A stretch of DNA of 64,000 nucleotides, taken from Octopus bimaculoides (lineage: Eukaryota). Below the pieces are notes generated by a model that had not been told where the DNA came from, made no database searches, and was given only the letters and a program-made list of their open reading frames with translations. Position 1 is the first letter of the stretch; every line of letters begins with the position of its first letter. The stretch lies in contig NC_068990.1 of NCBI RefSeq assembly GCF_001194135.2, positions 48,271,271 through 48,335,270 of the forward strand. The letters run 5' to 3'. The translations under genes and the position numbers were made by a program. Positions 54,690 through 64,000 of the stretch are shown piece by piece.

Positions 54690-55060
54690 GTCAATCTTCA
54701 TCAGTCCTTTGCAAATGTCAACCTTCACTTAACTCTTGCATGTCTCAACCTTCACTAACCCCTTATAGGTATCAACTTTCACTATCTTCTTACTAGTGTC
54801 AGCACTGTCTCCTTGCATGTATCAACATTCACAGCATTCACTGTCTCCTTGTGAATATCAACACTTACTTCCCCTTACAAATGTCAACATTTGCTACCCC
54901 TTAAGAATGCCAATACTCACTGTCCCTTACAAACGTCAAAATTCAATGTCTCCCTACAAATGTCAACCTCCATTGTCCATTTACAGATGTCTATACACAC
55001 TGTCCTGCTGAGAAATGTTAACATTCATTGTCCATTTACAAATATTAACCTTCACATTTT
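54690..55060. repeat. Degenerate ~27-bp minisatellite, roughly 13-14 units
   Basis: Recurring cactgtcccttacaaatgtcaacatt-like unit. Confidence 0.8.
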
Positions 55061-55738
55061 TCTCATATAAATTAATCCTTTATAATGGGGCCATAGCATC
55101 TTTTATTGTAGCATTTTCTTCATGTTATAATCAATTGACTGAGTCAATTCCTCTTGTGGGATAGATTGAACTCTGAAGGAAACTCAATAGCAAAACACCT
55201 AGGTTAATTGCTAAGAAACCTTGTTGTTCCACAAATATGACTTGATGGTCTTTCCAGAACAATTACTTCCACAAATAATAAATCAGAAACATTGATGAGC
55301 ATAATAAAAAAAGAAACTCCAAAGCAAACTTAAACAATTGTATCATTGCTGAATGAAACTACTTTAAAAATATGACAAGTAGGAAATGATCTATAAAGTG
55401 TTATGAGTGAACAAGTGAGTGAGTCAAATGGTAATCTATTCGCTAGAAAGTGATACATCTAAACCTTGAAATGAATTGGAATGTATTCTTAGGTCACATG
55501 CATCACTCAAGTTGCCTCAGACCAACACGTTAGTGTTTGATGTTAATGCAAGTGACAAACTATAAGAAAATGTGTTAGATTAATTTATGCAATTATTTTG
55601 AACTTGCAAATTTTATAAAGTATGATTAAAAAAAAACTTTTTATTTTAAATTATAATTAATATTAGCCTAAAATATGGTTATTAATAAAGCTAAAAATAA
55701 ATACTTATAAAAGTTTATACTTTCCATGAAATCTCTCT

Positions 55739-55773
<35 letters not shown>

Positions 55774-55909
55774 TTATACTTCTGAATTGAGGTTACCACC
55801 TCCTCCAAAACAAATCACCTAAGTATTCTGTAAATCCCACCAGTTATAGTCATTTTTAAAATTATTAATTTAGAACACACAGATAACTTTAGGGCATACT
55901 TAACTTATG

Positions 55910-56100
55910 TTGCTTGGCCAGATTATGCAGGAGAGACATCTGTACTGGTAAGAACATGTAATGTGAGTAGATGATACATGCTGGGTGGAAAAGAGCCATT
56001 TATTGACAGTAGAGTGCACTGTGGTTGAGAGAGACCAAGAATAACTTGGAAGGAAGAAGTAAGATAGCATCAGAGAACAATGAGCCTCACATAAGAATTG
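55910..56100 (+). mobile_element. RTE LINE 3' remnant
   Basis: atgcaggagagacatctgtactggtaagaacatgtaatg resembles the RTE QERRLRWYGHVM segment. Confidence 0.5.
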
Positions 56101-56397
56101 ACACAGAATCAATACAAATGAATTGGTACCGTATTACAGATATGTTAAATCCATACTAACGTACAAGAATGGAGGTTAAGAATACAATATCACTACAGTT
56201 TCTGATGACAATAATAATTTTATGCAAAAATAGTTATTTTTGCATAACTGAAGCAGGAGAGGTCAATTTCCTTGTGAGTGCCTAAACACATTAAAATATA
56301 AACAACTAACTCGATAGGATAAACCTAATACAGTCACTGAAATTGATACATGATATTAATAGATAATAAATAAAATTTCAGATGATGAACAGACTAA

Positions 56398-56401
<4 letters not shown>

Positions 56402-56466
<65 letters not shown>
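56402..56466. repeat. (CT)n microsatellite
   Basis: Seen directly. Confidence 0.97.
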
Positions 56467-56470
<4 letters not shown>

Positions 56471-57164
56471 ATGTCAATTATCTTATTTAACAATGCTTTA
56501 TTCTTTAAGGGATCTCTACAGAAAACAATGTGATCTCCCTGTATCATATATTTGATAACTTCAAGCTAAGTTAGTGAGTCTTTCTGAAAATGTCTTCGAT
56601 ACTATCAGTGGAGAATAAATGAGACTAAAATTCCAAATAGCAGCAATGTGTCGACAACTAATTAGTACAGTGTCAGGTTTCTATAGCAGACCATGACAAA
56701 CAGAAAATGTTTGTGATATAATTTAGGATTCAACTGCCATTGGATTAAAAAATGAAAAAAAAGGGTAAATAGCTGATTCTAGAGTATTGGTAATTGAGTC
56801 TTTACCAAACACTATTTCTTCTCTGATTTTTCTAGTGCTTTTACTATATCATCCTCATGTCTTCTGAAAAATGAATACCAAACCCACCCACCAAAGTTGA
56901 TTTGATCTCGCTTCCCTTTCTTTGTTATCCCTCCTGTCTCTCACCCACCAAAATTCACATTTGATAGTTTCAAAAGGTACAACTCCTTTGAAATTTTACA
57001 CTACCAATAATTTTCTTGAGGACATCAACTTTCAGGAGGTTTGGTCTTCAGTCTTTAACTAAACAATAATTACTTTTTAAATAATACATTGCTCATGACA
57101 TAATCCAAATTCTCATGGTCACATTATCAGTAGACATGATTAGTTTATTTTTTTAAACTTTTAT

Positions 57165-57510
57165 ATTTTACTTGTTTCAGTGCTATGCTGTGGCACTGCC
57201 TTGAAGGGTTTAGTTGAACAAATTGACCCTAATATTTATTTCTAACTCTGATATCTATTCTATCAGTTTCTTTTGCCTACTTATTCTATCTCTTTTGGTG
57301 GGTACAAGCACAAACACAAAGACACACACACACACATGTATATATACACACACATGATGGGCTTCCATACAGTTTCTGTCTACCAAATTTCACTCACAAG
57401 GCATTGGTCAGTCCAAGCTATAGTAGAAGACACTTGCCCAAGGTGTCACTCAGTAGGACTGAACACAAAACCACATGGTTGCAAATGGAGCTTCTTAACA
57501 TTGCAACTAT
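57165..57510 (-). mobile_element. SINE family A (degenerate, intronic)
   Basis: Co-linear with the other copies (tacttgtttcagt..., ctaccaaatttcactcacaagg..., gtagaagacacttgcccaagg). Confidence 0.8.
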
Positions 57511-58032
57511 GCCTGCACTTTAAAATGATAATACAAATGATTAAAATTGTTAGAAAATATACTTAAAATAATTTGCATCAACATGAGGAAGATGGACAAA
57601 AAAAAATTAGTATTCACTAGTTTCAGATGTATTAATAGAAGTCAGAAAGTTTTACCAGTTTATAGAGATAATTCCATCAAAGCTCTAAAAGCATAACAGA
57701 AGGTTTAAAATAAATATCAAAGTAATTTTATTTAAAATTGGGGATAATTCTGAGCAATATATAACCAACAGAAATTCAAAATGTTAAAAATAGAGGTGCA
57801 CAGGTACAAAGTATAAAATATAAAAATAGAGGTGCACAAGTTATGTTAGCTGAGAAAATTGAATAAATGATATAAATTCACTTTATTGTCCAAATAATAG
57901 ATACTGATACAGTGGTTAGTTGATATAATAAAAGAGTTCTTCACTTTACAAGGAAAGTAGGAAAAACAAATTAAAAAGAAGACAGTCAGTATTGTTGATA
58001 TCAGTTTATGAGAGGATATTAAAGATGTCTAC

Positions 58033-58108
58033 CTGAGTCCACAACAAAATCAGATGAATCAGTGTTTACATACTGTTGAGGAGAATCTGTTAAATCTGAC
58101 TGAACAAA
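58033..58108 (-). CDS. SYTL4/5: Possible in-frame continuation of the giant exon after the TAA, ending at a phase-1 donor
   Basis: The same frame stays open as FVQSDLTDSPQQYVNTDSSDFVVDS, then CAG|GTAGAC at 58033/58032. The phase matches the phase-1 acceptor at 53220. Confidence 0.5.
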
Positions 58109-61100
58109 TTAATGTGATGGTTGAGTGTTATATTTTGCTTTGTTCCTGTTGGGTGTAGCAGGATTTGGTAACATTTCAGAAGCAGATGAAGTATATTCAA
58201 AAGCATCACTTAATTCTGTGGGTTTAAAGATATTGTCATCCTCATACAAAGGATAATTCAGTGCTTTTGCTGAATATTGATTTTCAGGAGATTGTTTTAA
58301 GTGTTTGTAGTTTCTAGAAGTATTATTATTTAGGAATTGTTGATATGCAATTTTTTCATCATTGAGAACCATATCACGGAGATTTGCAATTGCAGACATT
58401 TCTCTAACAGGATGACTTTGAGATGAGCATGATTCTAAAAATGATGGGGTGTCTTGATAATTTCTTTCTCTAGGAGAAAAATCTGACGTAATAGATTTTG
58501 CTTTGACAGGACTATCAGTATCATTCCATTTAGATAGTGTGTCTGTTTCCGAATTATTCTCAAAGTGTGAATCAATTTCAGTTTCATTTACACTTTCAGT
58601 GAAATGAGGTGAATAATTTTTCTGAGACTGTCTCAATTTTATTGCAGGTTTTTGTGGATCATAATGATCAGAACTTGACTGTTTAGAAGGGTCTGATTCT
58701 GCATAAGGCTCTGATGACAGGTTTTGATGCTTGGGATATGATGAATATGATATAATGCCATTATTATATTCAACAGGATAACCAGAGATATTTGATTCTT
58801 TATCATCATCAGAATTCATTTCAACAAAATATACTCCAGACTCAGATGTTTTGGACAAGTTTTTGTTATTGCTATCTGATTTAGATGGTTTTCCGAACTT
58901 TTCTGACTGAGAACTATTAGGTTCAATAGAAGTATATTCCTTGACAAAAGTAAAAGATTGATCATCAGGTTCCAGAGTATCTGTTCTAGTTACATCCTGA
59001 TTAAATTCTAATTCAACTTTTAATTTTATACCGTCTTCCTCCAGAGGGTAGATATCCTCATTAGAATTTACACTGTCAAGTCCATATCCAGCTTTTTTAT
59101 TCAAATATGTGTCTTCAATACTTTTTTGCTGAAGATTGTTTTCCTTTATAGGAAAATCAGCTGTATTGTGAGTTTCCAGTTTATTCCCATAGCTAGATTC
59201 ATACTTAACAAATTCATTAGACTTTTCACTTCTCCCAGAAGTTTTTATATTATTGTCGTTTTTAGCAAATAACTGTGGTCTTGTGTATGTATATATCCAA
59301 TGTCCAGAATTTGTTTTGGAATCAGAAAGAAAAGATTCCTTCCTTTCAACCCAATAATCTAGCAATGGCTCTGAAACATCAGTGGTCATAGATGGTGCAG
59401 GAGGTAAGTTTTTATTTACTCCAACCACATCATTAAATTGTTTTATGGTATTTTTTGTTTGTGCTAAATCCTTAACATCTAAGTTTTTATCTTCCTTCAT
59501 TGGCATGGAGTATTGTTTCTGGTTATGCTTGATGCTAGCACTTCCAACTGATTCAGGGGTAGAATCATTTTTCTTAAAACCAATCCATGAACTGAATCTT
59601 GGTATTATTTTACTACTAGAGAGTGTATCTTCTGACACAGAGTTAAGATTGACTGCTTCAGATTCATTCTTTGATTGAGAAACTTTATTTCCAAACGAAA
59701 CAGAAGTAGTTGATAAAGGTTTATGTTGTAATCCAAACCCTGATGATAATTTTTCCTCAAATGACTGAGAAATTACAGGTCTCTTTTTCTTCAATGATGC
59801 TTTACAGTTTGGAGAAAATGTGTTTTCTTTTCTGTCAATCCAGTGAACAGCTTCATCCTCAGGTTTACTAAGGACCAAAGTTGTATCACTGTTCTCCTTT
59901 TTATCATCAATACTTAGTTCCAGTTTATTACTGGTCATTGTAGAGTGGACATCAAGTGAAGAACTACTTAGTTTATCTAATTCTTTCCCCATTTTTTTTG
60001 GCAATATTTTATTATCAGCAGATACGCTTACTTCTGAACTAACTGCCTCTTTTGATTTTGGAGAAACCAAATTTGCCACATGTTTGTCAGCTGATATGTT
60101 TCCTTCTGAACCAAATGTCGTCTCTTTTGATTTTGGAGAAGCCAAACTTGCCACATGTTTGCCAGCTGATATGTTTTCTTCTGAACCAAATGTTGTCTCT
60201 CTTCTTTTTGGAGAAGCCAAGTTTACCATATGTTTATCAGCTGATATATTTTCTTCTGAACCAAACGTTGTCTCTCTTCTTTTTGGAGAAGCCAAATTTG
60301 CCACATGTTTGTCAGCTGATATGTTCTCTTCTGAACCAAATGTTGTCTCCTTTGATTTTGGAGAAGCTAAATTTGCCACATGTTTGCCAGCTGATGTGAT
60401 TTCTTCTGAACCAAATGCTGTCTCCTTTGATTTTGGAGAAACCAAATTTGCCACATGTTTGTCAACTGATATGTTCTCTTCTGAACCAAACGTTGTTTCT
60501 TTTGATTTTGGAGAAGCCAAATTTGCCACATGTTTGTCAGCTGATATATTTTCTTCTGAACCAAATGTTGTCTCTCTTCTTTTTGGAGAAGCCAAGTTTG
60601 CCACATGTTTATCAGCTGATATGTTTTCTTCTGAACCAAACGTTGTTTCTTTTGATCTTGGAGAAGCTAAATTTGCCACATGTTTATCAGCTGATACGTT
60701 TTCGTCTGAACCAAATGTTGTCTCTCTTCTATTTGGAGAAGCCAAGTTTACGACATGTTTATCAGCTGATATGTTTTCTTCTGAACCAAATGTTGTCTCA
60801 TTTCTTTTTAGAGAAGCCAACTTTGCCACATGTTTGTCAGCTCGTATATTTTCTTCCGAACCAAATGTTGTCTCATTTGATTTTGGAAAAGCCAAGTTTG
60901 CCACATGTTTATCATCTGACATGTTTTCTTCTGAACCAAATGTTGTCTCCTTTGATTTTGGAGAAACCAAATTTGCCACATGTTTATCAGCAGATATGTT
61001 TTTGTCAGGACTAAATGTTGATTCTTTCGCTTTGTATATCGTCATTTTTGCTAACTGTTTAACAGCAGATATGTTTTCTTTTGAGCCAAATGCTGTCTTT

Positions 61101-64000
61101 CTTTCTGGAGTAGCCAAACTCGCTACATGTTGTTCAGGTGATTTTTTTGTGTGTAGGCTAATGGTTGTCCCTTTTGCCACATGTTTATCCTCTGATATAT
61201 TTTCTTCAGAACCAAATTCTGTCTCATTTCTTTTTGGAGCATTCAGTTTTGTTACATGTTTATCAGCTGGTACCTTTTCTTCTGAACCAAATGTAGTTTC
61301 TTTTGTTTTTGAAGAGGTCACTTTAGGACCAAATGTTGATTCTTTTGTTTTGGGTAACGTCAATTTTGCTAACTGTTTCACAGCAGATATGTTTTCTTCT
61401 GAGCCAAATGTTGTCTCTTTTGTTTTTGGAGAAACCACATGTACCACATGTTTATCATTTTGTGTCTTTTTATCTGGATCAAAGGTTGTCTCTTTTGCCA
61501 CATATCTATTTTTTGTTATACTTTTATCTGGCCCAAATGTTGTCACTTTTGTTTCTGGAGAATTCAAATTTGCATCAAGTTTGACAGCAGTTATGTTTTC
61601 TTCTGAACCAAATGTTGTCTCTTTTGATTTTGGAGAAACTAAATTTGCCACATGTTTGTCAGCTGATATGTTTCCTTCTGAACCAAATGTTGTCTCTTTT
61701 GATTTTGGAGAAGCCAAATTTACCACATGTTTGCCAACTGATATGTTTTCTTGTGAACCAAATGTTGTCTCTTTTGATTTTGGAGAAACTAAATTTGCCA
61801 CATGTTTATCAGCAGACATGTTTTCTTCTGAACCAAATGTTGTCTCTTTTGATTTTGGAGAAACTAAATTTACCACATGTTTATCAGCAGACATGTTTTC
61901 TTCTGAGCCAAATGTTGTCTCTTTTGATTTTGGAGAAACTAAATTTGCCACATGTTTATCAGCAGACATGTTTTCTTCTGAACTAAATGTCTCTTTTCTT
62001 TTTGGAGAAGCCAAATTTTCCACATACTTATCAGTTAGCACCTTTTCATCTGGACCAAATGTTGTCTCTTTTGCCACATGTCTATTCTCTGATATATCCT
62101 CATCTGGCCCAAACATTGTCTCTTTTGTTTTTGGAGAAGCCAAATTTGCCACATGTCTATCAGCTGATACCTTTGTGTCTGGACCAAATGTTGTTTCTTT
62201 TGTTTTTGGAGAAGTAACTTCTGCCACATATTTATTATCTGGTATCTTTATATCCGGGCCAAAAGTTGTTTCTTTTGATTTTGGAGGAGTCTTGTTTGTT
62301 ACAAGTTTGTCAGAAGATATATTTTCATCTGGTCCATCTTTTGTTTTTTGAGAAGCCAAATTTGCCACATGCTTATCAGCAGATATGGTTCCAGATGTTT
62401 CATTTTCTAAATTCAGTTTCATATCAGGTTCACTACTGAACACCCCTACATTTTCATAAGTTGGTATATTCTTCTTATCAATTTGTTTATCAACATGAAC
62501 ATTGGATATGTTAGCAGTTGATTTATCAGATTCACAGTGAGGTTTTGATACAACATCTTTGGGACAATCTACAGTTGTTTCACTCTTATAATCAACATTT
62601 ATTTTTAATGGAGCTTTGCAAGTTATTTCCTTAACTGGGGTGGTTATCAAACCAGATTTTTGCATAGCTTCACAAGTTCCAAATTTCTTTACTTCAGAAT
62701 GATTACTACTTGAGAATTTCTTTACTTTATTATCTGATTGGGAATGTCTAGGAGGACTTTGATCAACTCTACCTGGTCTATTTTCAGCATACTTCTCTGG
62801 AAATGACTTATAATCATTAGATGTAGATTTTTTCTCGTTTGAGTCATCTTTTTCAGATTTGTGCTTGCTTCTTGTTGCTTTTGTGCGCTCAGCAGAAAAG
62901 AATGTCTCTTTTCGATCTATCCAATAGAGAGATGTCTGCTGAGAGGTTTGGGCTGCAGTAATAGGCTTAGAAAGGGAACTACTAACTGTAGGCTTATCAG
63001 TTACTGGTTTTGATGCTAAGTGAGAGCTTACATCAGAAGGGACCACATGACCTATAGATAAAATATCTCCAGAATTATTAGAAGTTTTAGGTTTACTTCT
63101 TTTGATGGTTTCTCTAGAACTAAGTGGTAATTTAGTTTCTGTATGATCTATCCAATCATTTGTAGATGACAAAAGACTTGATTTAGTTGATATTAATTCA
63201 GGATGGATGGGTACCTTTCTACTATCACTGGCTGCAGGTAATAACCTAAGTTTATCATTGTTATATTTTTCAGGATCAGATACATCCTTCTGTTCAGATC
63301 TTATTCTTGAGACTTGGTTAGTGTTATTTGAAGGTGAAGGCAAGGATAGTGATATTTCATCTTTATGTGAAAAAGAATCCAACTGGGATTCCTTAACAGA
63401 GGAGATTATTTCTTTTTTGTCTTGAATAGGGCTTTTAGAATTATTAACTGAGTGAACACTTTTTGGTTTCGTGGCAAGAAACGTAGGTTCCTTTTGAGAA
63501 TTAGGGTACTGGATACCAGAATCTGAGTGGAAGTCTTGAATATTAGTTTTGTAAAAATCTGTTTGTGGTTTATGTTGAATGGTATGATCTTTATCAGAAA
63601 CTTGTCTACTTCCATTGTTTTCTGTTTCCTGAGACTCTGAAATTTGCTTATACTTAGCGTCCTTCACATCAGCCACTTGATTCTCTGGAGTATCTTTACT
63701 TGAATGATGAAGTGGCACTTCTCCTCTAAATGAAAATCTAGATTTTCCTGCAACTGTAACTGTTTCTATTTGTGAATTTTTCTTCTTTTTAACATTCTTT
63801 ACTTGCTCTGAAGAGCTCTTAGCTGGTGTACATTTAGAATTTCTCTCACCTGAGGAGTCTTTAATACTTCTTTCAAGTAAATTCCTTGATACACTGTCAC
63901 TGGGTTTCTTTCTTGAGAATACAATTCTTTGTTTTTCTTGGATTTGAATTTTTAACTCAGATCTGTCAATAAAATATGTATAATCTGGTGTGTCACTTGT
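58109..64000 (-). CDS. SYTL4/5: Giant coding exon (at least 5.9 kb, ~1960 codons, low complexity S/K/E/T/D rich), probably part of the synaptotagmin-like gene; acceptor outside the window
   Basis: ORF 58109-63718 (1869 aa). The listed start is only a GTG; manual translation shows the frame stays open to the window edge (TSDTPDYTYFIDRSELKIQ...FRGEVPLHH). Same strand and 5 kb upstream of the Slp exons; assignment to the gene is inference. Confidence 0.82.
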   Translation of the reverse strand, partial: TSDTPDYTYFIDRSELKIQIQEKQRIVFSRKKPSDSVSRNLLERSIKDSSGERNSKCTPAKSSSEQVKNVKKKKNSQIETVTVAGKSRFSFRGEVPLHHSSKDTPENQVADVKDAKYKQISESQETENNGSRQVSDKDHTIQHKPQTDFYKTNIQDFHSDSGIQYPNSQKEPTFLATKPKSVHSVNNSKSPIQDKKEIISSVKESQLDSFSHKDEISLSLPSPSNNTNQVSRIRSEQKDVSDPEKYNNDKLRLLPAASDSRKVPIHPELISTKSSLLSSTNDWIDHTETKLPLSSRETIKRSKPKTSNNSGDILSIGHVVPSDVSSHLASKPVTDKPTVSSSLSKPITAAQTSQQTSLYWIDRKETFFSAERTKATRSKHKSEKDDSNEKKSTSNDYKSFPEKYAENRPGRVDQSPPRHSQSDNKVKKFSSSNHSEVKKFGTCEAMQKSGLITTPVKEITCKAPLKINVDYKSETTVDCPKDVVSKPHCESDKSTANISNVHVDKQIDKKNIPTYENVGVFSSEPDMKLNLENETSGTISADKHVANLASQKTKDGPDENISSDKLVTNKTPPKSKETTFGPDIKIPDNKYVAEVTSPKTKETTFGPDTKVSADRHVANLASPKTKETMFGPDEDISENRHVAKETTFGPDEKVLTDKYVENLASPKRKETFSSEENMSADKHVANLVSPKSKETTFGSEENMSADKHVVNLVSPKSKETTFGSEENMSADKHVANLVSPKSKETTFGSQENISVGKHVVNLASPKSKETTFGSEGNISADKHVANLVSPKSKETTFGSEENITAVKLDANLNSPETKVTTFGPDKSITKNRYVAKETTFDPDKKTQNDKHVVHVVSPKTKETTFGSEENISAVKQLAKLTLPKTKESTFGPKVTSSKTKETTFGSEEKVPADKHVTKLNAPKRNETEFGSEENISEDKHVAKGTTISLHTKKSPEQHVASLATPERKTAFGSKENISAVKQLAKMTIYKAKESTFSPDKNISADKHVANLVSPKSKETTFGSEENMSDDKHVANLAFPKSNETTFGSEENIRADKHVAKLASLKRNETTFGSEENISADKHVVNLASPNRRETTFGSDENVSADKHVANLASPRSKETTFGSEENISADKHVANLASPKRRETTFGSEENISADKHVANLASPKSKETTFGSEENISVDKHVANLVSPKSKETAFGSEEITSAGKHVANLASPKSKETTFGSEENISADKHVANLASPKRRETTFGSEENISADKHMVNLASPKRRETTFGSEENISAGKHVASLASPKSKETTFGSEGNISADKHVANLVSPKSKEAVSSEVSVSADNKILPKKMGKELDKLSSSSLDVHSTMTSNKLELSIDDKKENSDTTLVLSKPEDEAVHWIDRKENTFSPNCKASLKKKRPVISQSFEEKLSSGFGLQHKPLSTTSVSFGNKVSQSKNESEAVNLNSVSEDTLSSSKIIPRFSSWIGFKKNDSTPESVGSASIKHNQKQYSMPMKEDKNLDVKDLAQTKNTIKQFNDVVGVNKNLPPAPSMTTDVSEPLLDYWVERKESFLSDSKTNSGHWIYTYTRPQLFAKNDNNIKTSGRSEKSNEFVKYESSYGNKLETHNTADFPIKENNLQQKSIEDTYLNKKAGYGLDSVNSNEDIYPLEEDGIKLKVELEFNQDVTRTDTLEPDDQSFTFVKEYTSIEPNSSQSEKFGKPSKSDSNNKNLSKTSESGVYFVEMNSDDDKESNISGYPVEYNNGIISYSSYPKHQNLSSEPYAESDPSKQSSSDHYDPQKPAIKLRQSQKNYSPHFTESVNETEIDSHFENNSETDTLSKWNDTDSPVKAKSITSDFSPRERNYQDTPSFLESCSSQSHPVREMSAIANLRDMVLNDEKIAYQQFLNNNTSRNYKHLKQSPENQYSAKALNYPLYEDDNIFKPTELSDAFEYTSSASEMLPNPATPNRNKAKYNTQPSH
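60010..62385 (-). repeat. Coding tandem repeat, 75 bp / 25 aa, about 33 units (consensus SEENISADKHVANLASPKSKETTFG)
   Basis: Period 75 seen directly (e.g. tttgattttggagaa at 60426 and 60501); units counted from the translation. Confidence 0.97.

Noticed and set aside
60084-62351. 755-aa antisense ORF (and other short ORFs) over the 75-bp repeat
   Set aside because: It lies in the antisense frame that shares third codon positions with the sense frame. A stop there needs a sense Tyr codon preceded by T/C or a His/Gln codon preceded by T. The repeat has A before its His/Tyr codons (AAA CAT, AAA TAT), so a long antisense ORF is an expected by-product.
60010-62385. CRISPR-like array
   Set aside because: The units are contiguous in-frame coding repeats with no unique spacers, in a eukaryotic exon with no cas genes.
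63716-63718. Start codon of the 1869-aa ORF
   Set aside because: It is a GTG chosen by a prokaryotic-style caller. The frame is open for a further 94 codons to the window edge, so the true exon start lies outside the window.

Overview
AT-rich eukaryotic genomic DNA with seven N-gaps and many (TA)n/(CA)n microsatellites. The SINE families and repeat landscape suggest an octopus genome (inference, not database-checked). The right half (35721 to >64000, minus strand) holds the 3' part of one host gene, a synaptotagmin-like/Slp gene (SYTL4/5, bitesize family). Eight phase-consistent GT-AG exons encode the linker, C2A and C2B domains and the stop codon. Upstream lies a giant coding exon of at least 5.9 kb carrying about 33 copies of a 75-bp/25-aa repeat. 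Its frame has an in-frame TAA 76 nt before a phase-compatible splice donor. The left 35 kb has no recognisable host exons. It is mostly transposon debris: RTE, R4/Dong-like and CR1-like LINE fragments, a hAT element with intact TIRs/TSD nested in a LINE, an internally deleted Helitron, mariners and tRNA-derived SINEs. It also contains three minimal type-I hammerhead-ribozyme-like motifs, two of them in a ~230-bp inverted repeat. Most short ORFs in the supplied track are microsatellite, N-gap or antisense artefacts.
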